From contig JAXGNU010000009.1 in NCBI GenBank assembly GCA_040767805.1, positions 1 to 58,589 on the forward strand: a DNA stretch of 58,589 bases, in the 5' to 3' direction. Source of the stretch: Thermovirgaceae bacterium (GTDB lineage Bacteria; Synergistota; Synergistia; Synergistales; Thermovirgaceae). The notes under the pieces were generated by a model. It had not been told where the DNA came from. It saw only the letters and a program-made list of their open reading frames with translations, and ran no database searches. Each line of letters begins with the position of its first letter. The stretch's first letter is position 1. The translations under genes and the position numbers were made by a program. Shown here one piece after another: positions 45,307 through 55,496 of the stretch.

Positions 45307-46146
45307 CTAGTGTTCCGTCACCCCGAGGTCCTCCAGGAAGAGGGGGCTCAGGACCTTGATGAAGGTGCCCTTCATGCCGAGGCTCCGGCTCTCGATTATG
45401 CCGGCGCTCTCCAGTTTTCGAAGGGCGTTGACTATGACGCTCCTCGTGACCCCAACCCTGTCGGCGACGCGGCTCGCCACGACTATCCCTTCGGAGCCCT
45501 TCAATTCCTTGATGATCTGCCTGATGGACTCCACTTCCGAGTAGGAGAGGGCCCTCATGGCCATCTGGACCACCAGCCGTTCCCGGGCCCTGTCGGCGAT
45601 GGTCCTCGCCCTGGCGTGCAGGATCTCGAGGCCCACCACGGTGGCCAGGTACTCCCCCAGCACGAGGTCGCGGTTGTCGAAGGGGTAGCCGAAGCGGGCC
45701 AGGATGAGCGTCCCAAGCCGTTCACCGGCCCCGTGGATCGGGACGTAGACCACGTGCTTGTTCGAGTAGGTACAGGGCTCGTCGGAGTAGGCGCAAAGGC
45801 CGTGGTCGGTGTGGTTGAGCTCCGACTCGTGGTACTGGTTGACCTTTTCAGTGTAGTTCTCGGGCATGGAACCCGTCTCCAGGAGGTCCGACATGATGGG
45901 GCAGTTGTATTCGCTCACCCAGGAGTAGCCCAGGATGACGCCCTCCCGGTTGATGATATAGACGTTCGCCGCTGACAGTTCACAGAGGAGCCTGGCGAGC
46001 CTCTGGTAGTCCGGCGTCCCGGGGTCCTTGCGGCTCTGGAGGATCCTGTTGACGGCCCGGGTCTTCTCGAGCAGGTCCTGCATCGCCGAAGGATTGGCGA
46101 TCGGGGCCCTCGATTCGATCAGTTCTTTCGGTGTGTCCATCGTCAT
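45307..46146 (-). CDS. codY: GTP/BCAA-sensing transcriptional repressor CodY
   Basis: LLEKTRAVNRILQ, GERLGTLILAR, EYLATVVGLEI, LSYSE, VASRVADRVGVTRSVIVNALRKLESAGIIESRSLGMKGTFIKV. Confidence 0.97.
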   Translation of the reverse strand: MTMDTPKELIESRAPIANPSAMQDLLEKTRAVNRILQSRKDPGTPDYQRLARLLCELSAANVYIINREGVILGYSWVSEYNCPIMSDLLETGSMPENYTEKVNQYHESELNHTDHGLCAYSDEPCTYSNKHVVYVPIHGAGERLGTLILARFGYPFDNRDLVLGEYLATVVGLEILHARARTIADRARERLVVQMAMRALSYSEVESIRQIIKELKGSEGIVVASRVADRVGVTRSVIVNALRKLESAGIIESRSLGMKGTFIKVLSPLFLEDLGVTEH

Positions 46147-46194
46147 GATAATCCCTCCCGGTTACGTGGGGCGCCTTCGAAAAAGGCTCCCCCG

Positions 46195-47616
46195 CTAGAG
46201 CAGGTACTTCCTTACGTCCGTGTCGGCCACCAGTTTCTCGAGCCGCTCCCTCACCAGGCCCTCATCGATCTCCACTCCTTGGCCCGAGAGGTCGGGGGCG
46301 TCGTACTGGATCTCCTCGAGGAGGTTCTCCATCATCGTGTGGAGCCTCCGGGCGCCGATATCCTCGGTCTCGCGGTTCATCTTCGCCGCCAGGGAGGCGA
46401 TCGCCTTTATGGCTTCTTCCGAAAAGGTGAGGGATACATCCTCCGTTGAAAGAAGGGCCTTGTACTGGTCCACCAGGCTGTGCTCGGGCTCGACCAGTAT
46501 CCTGGCCAGGTCCTCCTCGCCCAGGGGGGCCAGTTCGACCCTCAGGGGGAACCTTCCCTGCAGCTCCGGCACGAGGTCCGAGGGCTTCAACTTGTGGAAC
46601 GCGCCGGCCGCGATGAAGAGGATATGGTCGGTCCTGGCGGGTCCATACCTTGTGTTGACCGTGCACCCCTCGACGATGGACAGGAGGTCCCTCTGGACGC
46701 CCTCACGGCTCACGTCGGGCCCGGAGTGGCCGCTCCCGGCGGAAGCGACCTTGTCCAGTTCGTCGATGAAGATTATGCCCTCCTCTTGGGCCTTCGCCAG
46801 GCCCTCCTGGGCGGCGGCCTCGTGGTCGACGAGTTTTTCCGCCTCCTCGGCCTCCAGGATCTCCCTGGCGACGGCTATGGTGACGGAGCGCCGCTTCCTC
46901 TTCTTGGGGATCATACCGCTGAGCATCTCCCCCAGGTTTATACCCATCTCCTCCATGCCGGGGCCGCCCATGATCGGTATGCCGAACTGGGGGCTCTCGC
47001 TCACCTCGATCTCGACTTCCCGAGCCTCGAGCCTGCCCTCGTCGAGCATGCGGGCCAGCCTCTCCCTGGTGGAAAGGCGCTGCTTCTCGGCTTTCTCCTC
47101 TTCCTCGGCGGGAAGTCGCTCCTCCTTCGCGGTCTGCTGCCCCGTGAAGAGGTGCATGAAGTCAGAGACCTTCTCCTGGACCCTCACCGGGGGGATGAGG
47201 GCATCGAGGATCTTCTCCCGGGCCCGCGAGGCAGCCTCCTCGCGGACCTCCTCGATCTTGCGCTGCTTGACCATCTGGACGGACCTCTCGACGAGGTCCC
47301 GAACCATGGATTCCACGTCTCGGCCGACGTAACCCACCTCGGTGTACTTGGTGGCCTCGACCTTTATGAAGGGGGCGCTCACCAGCTGGGAGAGCCTCCT
47401 GGCTATCTCGGTCTTGCCGACCCCCGTGGGGCCGACCATGAGGATGTTCTTCGGCGCTATCTCCCGGGCCACGTCCTCGGGCAGTTCCAGGCGGCGCAGC
47501 CTGTTCCGCAGGGCGATGGCGACGGCCCTCTTGGCGTCGCGCTGCCCCACGATGTACCGGTCAAGGTAGGCCGTGATGGCCTTGGGGGTGAGAGCACCGG
47601 TCCTGCCGCCCCTCAA
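46195..47616 (-). CDS. hslU: ATP-dependent protease ATPase subunit
   Basis: [57 protein letters not shown]; probable TTG start 47616 overlapping hslV stop. Confidence 0.97.
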   Translation of the reverse strand: MRGGRTGALTPKAITAYLDRYIVGQRDAKRAVAIALRNRLRRLELPEDVAREIAPKNILMVGPTGVGKTEIARRLSQLVSAPFIKVEATKYTEVGYVGRDVESMVRDLVERSVQMVKQRKIEEVREEAASRAREKILDALIPPVRVQEKVSDFMHLFTGQQTAKEERLPAEEEEKAEKQRLSTRERLARMLDEGRLEAREVEIEVSESPQFGIPIMGGPGMEEMGINLGEMLSGMIPKKRKRRSVTIAVAREILEAEEAEKLVDHEAAAQEGLAKAQEEGIIFIDELDKVASAGSGHSGPDVSREGVQRDLLSIVEGCTVNTRYGPARTDHILFIAAGAFHKLKPSDLVPELQGRFPLRVELAPLGEEDLARILVEPEHSLVDQYKALLSTEDVSLTFSEEAIKAIASLAAKMNRETEDIGARRLHTMMENLLEEIQYDAPDLSGQGVEIDEGLVRERLEKLVADTDVRKYLL

Positions 47617-48143
47617 TCCTCGAGCACCTCCAGCGTGATGGAATCGTTGGTGTAGATGCATATCTTCGAGGCAATGACCAGGGACCTCCTGGCGATCTCA
47701 TCAGCCCGGGCTTCGGAAGATTCCAGGAACGCCCTCGCCGCCGCCAGGGCGTAGCCGGCGCCCGAGCCGATGGCACAGGCCTCGCCCTCGGGCTCCAGGA
47801 TGTCGCCGGCGCCGCTCAACAGGAGGGTCGTCCCCCGGTCGGCCACGAGCATCATGGCCTCGAGCCGCCTCAGGACCCTGTCGGTGCGCCAGTCCTTTAC
47901 CAGTTCCGTAGCCGCCCTGACGAGGTTGCCGCCGTGCTCGGCCAGCCTCTTCTCGAAACGCTCCAGGAGGGTCATCGCGTCGGCGGTGCCGCCGGCGAAT
48001 CCCGTGAGCACGCGGCCATCGTAGAGGCGCCTCACTTTCTTGGCGCCCACTTTTATGACCTGGTCCCCCTGCGTGACCTGGCCGTCGCCGGCCATGGCCA
48101 CCACGTTACCCCTCCTGACGCAAAGTATCGTTGTCCCCTTCAT
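47613..48143 (-). CDS. hslV: ATP-dependent protease peptidase subunit
   Basis: [46 protein letters not shown]; start could be 48143, 48152 or 48155. Confidence 0.97.
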   Translation of the reverse strand: MKGTTILCVRRGNVVAMAGDGQVTQGDQVIKVGAKKVRRLYDGRVLTGFAGGTADAMTLLERFEKRLAEHGGNLVRAATELVKDWRTDRVLRRLEAMMLVADRGTTLLLSGAGDILEPEGEACAIGSGAGYALAAARAFLESSEARADEIARRSLVIASKICIYTNDSITLEVLED

Positions 48144-49038
48144 CGTCCGCATCACCGCTTCCGGCCCTGGGGTGGGCCATGGTATAGCTCTTCCTCAGTT
48201 GTTCTATGGTGACCTTCAGGTACTTCTGGGTGGTCACGAGGCTCTCGTGCCCCAGCAATTCCTGGAGAACCCTCAGGTTGGCCCCGCCCTCGAGCATATG
48301 GGTGGCGAAGCTGTGCCTCAGCACGTGGGGCGTCACCCCGGTCAGGCCCACCGTGGAGGCGGCCTTCAGTACGGCCCTGTGGAGGGTCCTGACGGTGATA
48401 TGGCCTCCCCTGCTCCCGGGGAAGACGGGACCCGTCGGGTCCGGGCAGGAGTCCTTCCACTCCCTCAGGGCCTTGACGGCGAACTTTCCCATCGGGACGA
48501 GGCGTTCCTTCTCGCCCTTGCCCATAACCCTGACCCATCTTTCTTCGAGGTCGACCTCTTCCCACCGGAGGGCCGCCGTCTCGGCCACCCTGAGGCCGGA
48601 GCCGTACATGAGCTCCATCGCCGCCTTGTCCCTGCAGGCCTCGCGCCCGGTGGGGCCTCTATCGAGCAGTGCTTCCACGTCCTCCCTGGAGATGGCCCTC
48701 GGGAGCCTCCCAGGGAGCCTCGGTCCCCGGATGCCCGCGGCGGGGTTCGACGTTATCACGCCCCGTTCCTGGAGGAAACCGAGCCAGCTCTTGATGGCGG
48801 ACAGTTTCCTGGCCGCCGAGGAGCGGGCGTAACCGAAGCCCACCACGTCGCGGATAAAACCCCTTACATGGGAGGACTCCACACCCCCCGGATCGCCGAT
48901 GCCCAGGCCTTCCAGGTAGTCGGCGAACTGGGAGAGGTCCACGGCGTAGTTGAGGGTGGTGTGACCCGAACTTCCCCTGCCGGACCCCATCTCCTCGAGG
49001 AAAAGGTCGATCGATGCCGAAACAGCGTCCCTTGGCAT
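48106..49038 (-). CDS. xerC: XerC/CodV-type tyrosine recombinase
   Basis: [65 protein letters not shown]; position before hslV. Confidence 0.9.
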   Translation of the reverse strand: MPRDAVSASIDLFLEEMGSGRGSSGHTTLNYAVDLSQFADYLEGLGIGDPGGVESSHVRGFIRDVVGFGYARSSAARKLSAIKSWLGFLQERGVITSNPAAGIRGPRLPGRLPRAISREDVEALLDRGPTGREACRDKAAMELMYGSGLRVAETAALRWEEVDLEERWVRVMGKGEKERLVPMGKFAVKALREWKDSCPDPTGPVFPGSRGGHITVRTLHRAVLKAASTVGLTGVTPHVLRHSFATHMLEGGANLRVLQELLGHESLVTTQKYLKVTIEQLRKSYTMAHPRAGSGDADDEGDNDTLRQEG

Positions 49039-49074
49039 ACCGCCTATTTTACCACTTTGACGGGGATTAACCAT

Positions 49075-49089
49075 AATTTTCAGAAGATA
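49075..49089. promoter_or_regulatory. putative CodY box upstream of xerC-hslV-hslU-codY
   Basis: AATTTTCAGAAGATA = 13/15 match to AATTTTCWGAAAATT, in an AT-rich intergenic patch of a GC-rich region. Confidence 0.65.
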
Positions 49090-49105
49090 TCGGTTTGGTC
49101 GGAAT

Positions 49106-50452
49106 TCATCTCAAAAGAGGTGGTAATTCATCGATGAACTTCCTCAAGGCCTCCAAGGAGCGGGCCGCGTGCTTCTGGCACCGGTCGGCCCTCTTCCTGG
49201 CCCTCTCGGGCAGCGGGGGAAAAGGCCCCAGGTTGATGTTCATCGGCTGGAACGACCGCGGTTGGAGGTCCGATAGGTGCCCCAGCAGGGAACCGATGGC
49301 GGTCTCCCTCGGCCAGGCCGGGAACTCCAGGCCCCGGACGAGGGCGGCGGCGTTGAGAGCCGCCACGAGGCCCATGGCCGTGCTCTCCATGTAACCCTCC
49401 ACGCCCGTCACCTGGCCGGCGAGGAAGAGGTCGCCGCGGTTCTTCAGCCTCAAGAAGGGGTCGAGGACCTTCGGCGCGTCGACGAAGACGTTCCGGTGCA
49501 TCACGCCGAGCCTGACGAACTCGGCGCGGGAGAGGGCGGGGATCATCCTGAAGACCCTCTCCTGCTCGGGCCACCGGAGGCCCGTCTGGAAACCGACGAG
49601 GTTGAAGAGGGTGCCCCCGGTGTTCTCCTGGCGGAGTTGGACCACCGCCCAGGGTTCTTCGCCGGTGCGGGGGTCCCTGAGGCCTACGGGCCTCAGGGGG
49701 CCGAAACGCAGCGTGTCCACACCGCGGGAGGCGATGACCTCCACGGTGAGGCATCCTTCGAAGTAGCGTTCGTCCTTTTCGAAGTCGCGCCTCGGCGCCC
49801 TCTCGGCCGAGGCGAGGGCCGCCTGGAAGGCCTCGTACTCCTCCCTCGTCATGGGGCAGTTTATGTAGTCGTCGCCCAAACCCCGACGGCCGCCGCGGTA
49901 GGCCCTGGTCATATCGATGGACTCGGCCGTCACCACGGGGGCCACGGCGTCGAAGAAGGATAACAGCTTCTCACCCACCAGCCGGGAGAGGGAGTCCGCC
50001 AGGGGTTCCGAGGTTAGGGGACCTGTCGCGATGATGGCCGGGCCTTGGGGCACCTCCCGGAGTTCCTCCCTCACGAGGGTGACCAGGGGTTCCGAGGTGA
50101 GGGCGCCGGTCACGCCTTCCGAGAAGACCTGCCGGTCCACGGCCAGGGCCTTCCCCGCCGGGACCCGGGACCGCCTGGCACGGTCAAGGATGAGGCTCCC
50201 CAGGAGGTCCAGTTCGGCCTTCAGTATGCCCCCGGCGCTCGTCGTCCCGTCGGCCCCCAGGGAGTTGCTGCACACCAGTTCCGCGAAGCCGGGGGTCTTG
50301 TGGGCCGGCGTCATCTTCAGGGGTCGCATTTCAACGAGGGTGACGGGGATGCCCCTCCGGGCCAACTGCCAGGCGGCCTCGGAACCGGCCAGGCCGGCCC
50401 CGGCCACGATCACCCCTTCGCCGGCCTTACCTGTAGGGGCCTTCTTCGTCAT
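49106..50452 (-). CDS. trmFO: folate/FAD-dependent tRNA (uracil-54) methyltransferase
   Basis: VAGAGLAGSEAAWQLA, EMRP, AELVCSNS, FFDAVAPVV, FGPLRPVGL, GFQT, GVMHRN, AGQVTGVEGY, FQPMNIN. Confidence 0.96.
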   Translation of the reverse strand: MTKKAPTGKAGEGVIVAGAGLAGSEAAWQLARRGIPVTLVEMRPLKMTPAHKTPGFAELVCSNSLGADGTTSAGGILKAELDLLGSLILDRARRSRVPAGKALAVDRQVFSEGVTGALTSEPLVTLVREELREVPQGPAIIATGPLTSEPLADSLSRLVGEKLLSFFDAVAPVVTAESIDMTRAYRGGRRGLGDDYINCPMTREEYEAFQAALASAERAPRRDFEKDERYFEGCLTVEVIASRGVDTLRFGPLRPVGLRDPRTGEEPWAVVQLRQENTGGTLFNLVGFQTGLRWPEQERVFRMIPALSRAEFVRLGVMHRNVFVDAPKVLDPFLRLKNRGDLFLAGQVTGVEGYMESTAMGLVAALNAAALVRGLEFPAWPRETAIGSLLGHLSDLQPRSFQPMNINLGPFPPLPERARKRADRCQKHAARSLEALRKFIDELPPLLR

Positions 50453-52616
50453 CGGTAGGGACCCCAGGCGGGCCGCCGCCCTGCCCTCCCCCGTCGCCGG
50501 GCGGGGTGAAGGAGACATAGTCGCACTCGGGGTAACGGGAACAACCGTAGAAGGGCTTGCCCCTCTTACCTTTTCTCCTCACGACCTCGCCCTCGCCGCA
50601 TTTGGGGCAGGCCACGCCCGTCGTCTTCAGTATGGGGCGGGTGTAACGGCACTTTTTTGCCGGGTCGGAGAAGCCGGAACAGCCAATGAAGTCGCCGAAA
50701 CGCCCCGACTTGATCACCAGCGGCGAGCCGCAGAGGGGGCAGTCCTCCCCTATCGGTTCGGGGGGAGGGGGAGCCACCTTCTCGGCCTCCGCCGCCGCCC
50801 TTTCCAGGGAGGCGGAGAAGCCCGTCCAGAAGTCGCGGACCACGTCGCTCCACAGCCTGCCGTTATCCTCGATCTCGTCCAGTTCATTCTCCATCCCCGC
50901 CGTGAAGGCCAGGTCCACGATGCCGGGGAAGTGGGCCTCCAGGAAGGCGTCCACTATACGGCCGAGGGGCGTGGGGGCAAGACGCTTGTCCTCGTCCCTG
51001 ACGACGTATTTCCTGTCGTAGAGGGTCTGTACGATGGTCGCGTAGGTCGAGGGGCGCCCTATGCCCTCCTCCTCGAGGGCCTTGATGAGCCCGGCGTCGG
51101 TGAATCTCGAAGGTGGTTTCGTGAAGCGCTGCTCCCTGGTTATCCCCTTCACTTCCAGGAGTTCGCCTTCCCTGGCGGGCTCGATGACCTCGTCTTTCAT
51201 GTCCAGGGGCCAGAGCGCTCCCCAGCCATCGAAGACCACGCAGGCCCCGGACTGCCTCATCCCAACCCTCCCGCTTTCGGCCTCCACGGTGCTCCTGGCT
51301 ATCCTCGCGGGGCTCATCTGGCTCGCCACGAAGCGGCGCCAGACCAGGTCATAGATCCTGTACTGGTCCGGGGTCAGGTGCTCCCTCACCGAACCGGGCG
51401 TGAGGGTGACGTCTGTGGGCCTTATGGCTTCGTGGGCGTCCTGGGAGCGGCCCTTGCCCTCGTGCACTTGGGCCGAGGGGGGCAGGTAGTCCTTGCCGAA
51501 GGCGGTCTTTATATACTCCCTGGCCTGGCCGGCGGCCTCCGGTGAGACCCTGAGGCTGTCGGTCCTCATGTAGGTGATGAGGCCCGTCGTCCCGCGGCCC
51601 GGGATTGGGACGCCCTCGTAGAGCCCCTGGGCTGTGAACATCGTCTTCCGGGGGGCGAAAGAGAGCCTCCGGGACGCCTCCTGCTGCAGGGTGCTCGTCT
51701 TGAAGGGGGGCAGTGACTTGCGGGTGCCCTCCTTCTGGGTGAAGGAGACCACCCTGACCTCGTTGGAGCGGACCTCCTCCTCTATCTCGGCGGCTGAGGA
51801 CTCGTCCTTGATCAGCAACGTACGGCCGTCCTTGACGAGGGACTTGCCGTCGAGCCTGTCGACCCTGAGGGAGTACTCCCGTCCACCTTCGGCCGCTGCG
51901 GCCACCGTGACCTGCCAGTACTCCTGCGGAACGAAGGAATCGATCAGGCCCTGCCTGTCGCAGATCATCTTCAGGGCAGCCGACTGGACCCTCCCGGCCG
52001 AAAGGCCTCTCTTGATCTTGTCCCACAGCAGGGGGCTCAGCTTGTACCCGACAAGCCTGTCCAGGACGCGGCGGGCCTGCTGGGCCTCGACCTTTTTCAT
52101 ATCGACCGAGGAGACATGCTCAAAGGCCTCCTTGACGCCCTTGGGGGTGATCTCGTACATCCTCACCCTGCAGGGGGAACCGGGGTCGACGCCCAGCGTT
52201 TCGGAAAGGTGCCAGGCTATGGCCTCCCCCTCCCTGTCGGGGTCGGAGGCAATGAGCACCCGGCTGCTCACCGAGGCCCTCTCCTTCAGGTTCCGGACGA
52301 CGGCCCCCTTACCCCTGACCAGGATGTACTCCGGCTCGAAACCTTTCTCCACGTCGATGGCCAGGCGGCTCTTGGGCAGGTCGCGGATGTGGCCCACGCT
52401 GGACTGGATGTCGTAACCCTTGCCGAGGATCTTGCCGAGGGTCCTGGCCTTGGAGGGGGATTCGACGATGACCAGGGTCCGCCCCGGTTCAGGGGCGGCC
52501 CGGGACGCCCTTTTTTTAGCAGGCTTCGTCCCTGCCGTCGACGGCTTTCGGGAGGGTGAGGCCCCGGTCTTTTTCGTCCTCGCCTTTTTCGCCCTGGGTC
52601 CTTCGTCCTTCAGCAC
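50427..52616 (-). CDS. topA: DNA topoisomerase I (type IA) with C-terminal zinc ribbons
   Basis: LVIVESPSKA, GHIRDLP, DPDREGEAI, LSAGRVQS, LITYMRTDS, QDAHEAIRPT, GIGRPSTYA, CPLCG/CPKCG. Confidence 0.98.
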   Translation of the reverse strand: MLKDEGPRAKKARTKKTGASPSRKPSTAGTKPAKKRASRAAPEPGRTLVIVESPSKARTLGKILGKGYDIQSSVGHIRDLPKSRLAIDVEKGFEPEYILVRGKGAVVRNLKERASVSSRVLIASDPDREGEAIAWHLSETLGVDPGSPCRVRMYEITPKGVKEAFEHVSSVDMKKVEAQQARRVLDRLVGYKLSPLLWDKIKRGLSAGRVQSAALKMICDRQGLIDSFVPQEYWQVTVAAAAEGGREYSLRVDRLDGKSLVKDGRTLLIKDESSAAEIEEEVRSNEVRVVSFTQKEGTRKSLPPFKTSTLQQEASRRLSFAPRKTMFTAQGLYEGVPIPGRGTTGLITYMRTDSLRVSPEAAGQAREYIKTAFGKDYLPPSAQVHEGKGRSQDAHEAIRPTDVTLTPGSVREHLTPDQYRIYDLVWRRFVASQMSPARIARSTVEAESGRVGMRQSGACVVFDGWGALWPLDMKDEVIEPAREGELLEVKGITREQRFTKPPSRFTDAGLIKALEEEGIGRPSTYATIVQTLYDRKYVVRDEDKRLAPTPLGRIVDAFLEAHFPGIVDLAFTAGMENELDEIEDNGRLWSDVVRDFWTGFSASLERAAAEAEKVAPPPPEPIGEDCPLCGSPLVIKSGRFGDFIGCSGFSDPAKKCRYTRPILKTTGVACPKCGEGEVVRRKGKRGKPFYGCSRYPECDYVSFTPPGDGGGQGGGPPGVPTDDEEGPYR

Positions 52617-52855
52617 AACAACATTTCCTTCGGCCCCGAGGCCTTTGTTTTTTCACGGGCCGAGTACAAAAGGGACTCAAAAAGACCCGCGTTAATGGGA
52701 AAGTCGCCGATCAGGCCGAGGCGGACCGCCTCGGTCAGGGTTTCCTCCACGACCTCCCTGGAAAGGTTCTCGTCGGCGCAGGCACGGTAGGCCAGGGCCA
52801 GGGCGTCCTCGGTGAGGAAGCGGCTTTCGCTTTCGGGTATGAATCTTACGGACAT
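52610..52855 (-). CDS. small protein resembling the C-terminal half of Smg (DUF494)
   Basis: 81 aa from ATG 52855 with AGGAGAG RBS; VRFIPESESRFLTEDALAL..LSREVVEETL; sits in the dprA-smg-topA slot. Confidence 0.55.
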   Translation of the reverse strand: MSVRFIPESESRFLTEDALALAYRACADENLSREVVEETLTEAVRLGLIGDFPINAGLFESLLYSAREKTKASGPKEMLLC

Positions 52856-52884
52856 CCTCTCTCCTCCTGTTCCCCCGGGGCTCC

Positions 52885-53997
52885 TCAGGCCCCCCTTGCG
52901 GCCCTCGAACCCCACCTTCCGGGGCCGCTGGGGACGACAAGGCCGTAGGCCGACAGCACCCCGAGGACCCTCAATACGGCGGCGGCGCTCATTTTACCTT
53001 CCGTCGCTATGTTGTCAACCGTCATGTCACCGTGATCGCCCAGGATGCGAAGCACTTCGGCCTCCTCGGGCGTTAGGGGGGAGTTGGCGGGAACGCCCTG
53101 CCGGGGTATGGGCGGGAAGAGTTCACCCTGCCTCCCCGAGGCGAGGGCGGCGAACTCCCCGAGGTCCACCAGGGGCATGGCGCCGTCGGATATGAGGGCG
53201 TTCGAACCGCGGCAGACGGCGTCGGTGATCCGCCCCGGCACAGCCCAAACCTCCCTCCCCGTTTCGAGGGCGAGGCGGGCGGTAAGGACGGCGCCGCTCT
53301 TCTGGGGCGCCTCCACGACGACGCACCTCGAGCACAGTCCGGCGATGAGCCTGTTCCGCCGTGGGAATTGCCACGGCCTGGGGGGTGTCCCGAGGGGGAA
53401 CTCGCCCAGGAGGACCCCCTCTTCCATGATCTCTCCGAAAAGCGAGGCGTGCTGGACCGGGTAGAAGATATCCGCCCCGGTCCCGATCACGGCGACGGTC
53501 CTCCCCCCGGAGTCGATGCTGCCCCTGTGGGCGGCACCGTCGATCCCCCGGGCGCCCCCGCTTACGACGGCCACCGCGGCGCCCGCCAGCATCGAGGCGA
53601 GGTCGTAGGCGCAACCGGACCCGTAGGAAGTGCACTTCCTGGTCCCGACCACGGCCACCGCGTCCCCGGGGGGCAGACCCTTTCCCCTGGCGTAGAGCAC
53701 GAGAGGGGGGTCGCGGAGGTCACCCAGCATGGGAGGGTAACGGGCCTCCCCGAAAAAGATGATCTCGATGCCCTTCTTCTCGCAACGGTCGACCTCCCGG
53801 TCGCACCACCCCGACGAGATCAGCCCCAGCAAGGCCTCCCTGGGGGCACCCTTCACGCCGAGCGCGTCCAGGGCGGAATCCGATCCGGCGATGACATCCT
53901 CCCAGGAGACCCCGCGATCGGCGGCGGCCTCGAGGACACTTGCGTCGAAGCCGCCGGTGGCGTTCAGCAGGAGCATTCCCTTTTTCAGCGGTTCCAG
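52885..53997 (-). CDS. dprA: DNA-processing protein DprA (Smf)
   Basis: YPPML..DPPLVLY, AVVGTRKCT, VSGGARGIDGAAH, FPRRNRLIAGL, VVEAPQKSGA, VPGRI; start either CTG 53997 or ATG 53976. Confidence 0.96.
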   Translation of the reverse strand: MEPLKKGMLLLNATGGFDASVLEAAADRGVSWEDVIAGSDSALDALGVKGAPREALLGLISSGWCDREVDRCEKKGIEIIFFGEARYPPMLGDLRDPPLVLYARGKGLPPGDAVAVVGTRKCTSYGSGCAYDLASMLAGAAVAVVSGGARGIDGAAHRGSIDSGGRTVAVIGTGADIFYPVQHASLFGEIMEEGVLLGEFPLGTPPRPWQFPRRNRLIAGLCSRCVVVEAPQKSGAVLTARLALETGREVWAVPGRITDAVCRGSNALISDGAMPLVDLGEFAALASGRQGELFPPIPRQGVPANSPLTPEEAEVLRILGDHGDMTVDNIATEGKMSAAAVLRVLGVLSAYGLVVPSGPGRWGSRAARGA

Positions 53998-55496
53998 GGG
54001 AGGTCCCCCCCTTCCCTGAAGGCCAGCGCCTCGGCGAGGTGGACCGTGGTGAGGCCCTCATCGCCGGCGAGGTCAGCGATGGTCCTCGCCACCTTGAGGA
54101 CCCTGCTGATGCCCCTCCCGGAGAGGCGGACCCTCCCGGCCACGTCCTTAAGGAAGCGCCTGCCCTCGGCGTCGATCTTGACCTGTCTCCTCAGTGCCCT
54201 TTCGGGCAGTTCCGCGTTGCACTGGAAACCCAGGGGTCCCCACCGCCGCCACTGGACCTCCCTGGCCCTGAGGACCCTTTGGCGCACATCGGCGCTGTTC
54301 TCCCCCACCTGCCCCTCGAACTGCACCAGTTCGTCCGGCGTCAGCCTCGGCACGGTGACGTGGAGGTCGATCCTGTCCAGGATGGGGCCCGACATCTTGC
54401 GGCGGTAGCGTTCCACCGCCAGGGGGGAACAGCGGCAGGGCTCCTGGGGGTCGCCCAGGAAACCGCAGGGGCAGGGGTTGCAGGCGGCCACGAGCAGCAC
54501 CCTGGCCGGATAGGTCACGCTACCGCTGGCCCGGCTCACGGAGATGAAACCGTCCTCCAGGGGCTGGCGGAGGGATTCGAGCAGGTCCCGTCTGAACTCG
54601 GTGAACTCGTCGAGGAAAAGGACCCCCCGGTGGGCCAGGCTGATCTCGCCGGGCCGGAGGTTCGTCCCGCCGCCGCAGACGGATATGGTGCTCGAGGTGT
54701 GGTGGATGGCCCGGAAGGGCCGCCGGCGGGAGCTGTGGAGGGGGAGGCCCACGGTGCTCCTCACCAGGAGGACCTCCATCATCTCCTCGTCGGAGAGGGG
54801 CGGGAGGATATCCTTGAGCGCCCTGGCCAGGAGGGTCTTCCCCGAGCCGGGCGAACCCGTCATGAGGACGTTATGGTGGCCGGCGGCGGCTATCTCGAGG
54901 GCGCGCTTGGCAGCGGCCTGCCCCTTGATGTCGGAGAGGTCGGGGTCCGGTTCGGGGTTTTCCTCGGCCTCTTCGCCGGGAGCGATGGGTTCCAGTTGGG
55001 AAAAGCCCTGCAGGTGGGCGAAGAGATCGCGGATATGCCCCACCTTCCAGGCGGTGACGCCCTTGACGAGGGAGACCTCGCGGGCGTTCCCCTCGGGGAT
55101 GAAAAGGGGGAAACCGAGCTTCCTGGCCAACAGCGCCGCGGGGACGGCGCCCCGGACCCTCCGGACCCTGCCGTCGAGAGCCAGTTCCCCCATGAAGATC
55201 GTGGGCCGAGCGACGCGGACCTCGCCCATGGCGTGGGCGATCCCGATGGCGATGGGGAGGTCTATCAGGGCCCCCTCCTTGGGGATATCGGCCGGGGCCA
55301 GGTTGACGGCCACCCTGCCCTTCACGGAAAGGCCCAGGGACCTAAGAGCGGCCCGGACCCTCTCGCGGGCCTCCTTCACCGTGGCGTCGGGGAGCCCCAC
55401 CACCGATATGGCGAAAAGCCCCCCGGTCATCTCCACCTCGACCTCCACCTTCAGGGCCTCGATGCCCCGGAGGGTCACACCGTTGACCACGTTCAT
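53985..55496 (-). CDS. comM: YifB/ComM family Mg-chelatase-like AAA+ ATPase
   Basis: VGLPDATVKEARERVR, NLAPAD, DIKGQ, GHHNVLMTGSPGSGKT, PGEISLAHRGVLFLDE, NPCPCG, SGPILDRID. Confidence 0.95.
   Translation of the reverse strand: MNVVNGVTLRGIEALKVEVEVEMTGGLFAISVVGLPDATVKEARERVRAALRSLGLSVKGRVAVNLAPADIPKEGALIDLPIAIGIAHAMGEVRVARPTIFMGELALDGRVRRVRGAVPAALLARKLGFPLFIPEGNAREVSLVKGVTAWKVGHIRDLFAHLQGFSQLEPIAPGEEAEENPEPDPDLSDIKGQAAAKRALEIAAAGHHNVLMTGSPGSGKTLLARALKDILPPLSDEEMMEVLLVRSTVGLPLHSSRRRPFRAIHHTSSTISVCGGGTNLRPGEISLAHRGVLFLDEFTEFRRDLLESLRQPLEDGFISVSRASGSVTYPARVLLVAACNPCPCGFLGDPQEPCRCSPLAVERYRRKMSGPILDRIDLHVTVPRLTPDELVQFEGQVGENSADVRQRVLRAREVQWRRWGPLGFQCNAELPERALRRQVKIDAEGRRFLKDVAGRVRLSGRGISRVLKVARTIADLAGDEGLTTVHLAEALAFREGGDLPWNR

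Noticed and set aside
46165..46195. Hairpin between hslU and codY as terminator
   Set aside because: Imperfect stem with no U-tract on the transcribed strand.
48106..49038. Tyrosine recombinase as a prophage/island integrase
   Set aside because: Housekeeping XerC/CodV position within trmFO-xerC-hslVU-codY; no att sites or cargo; nothing links it to the heptose-cassette repeats.
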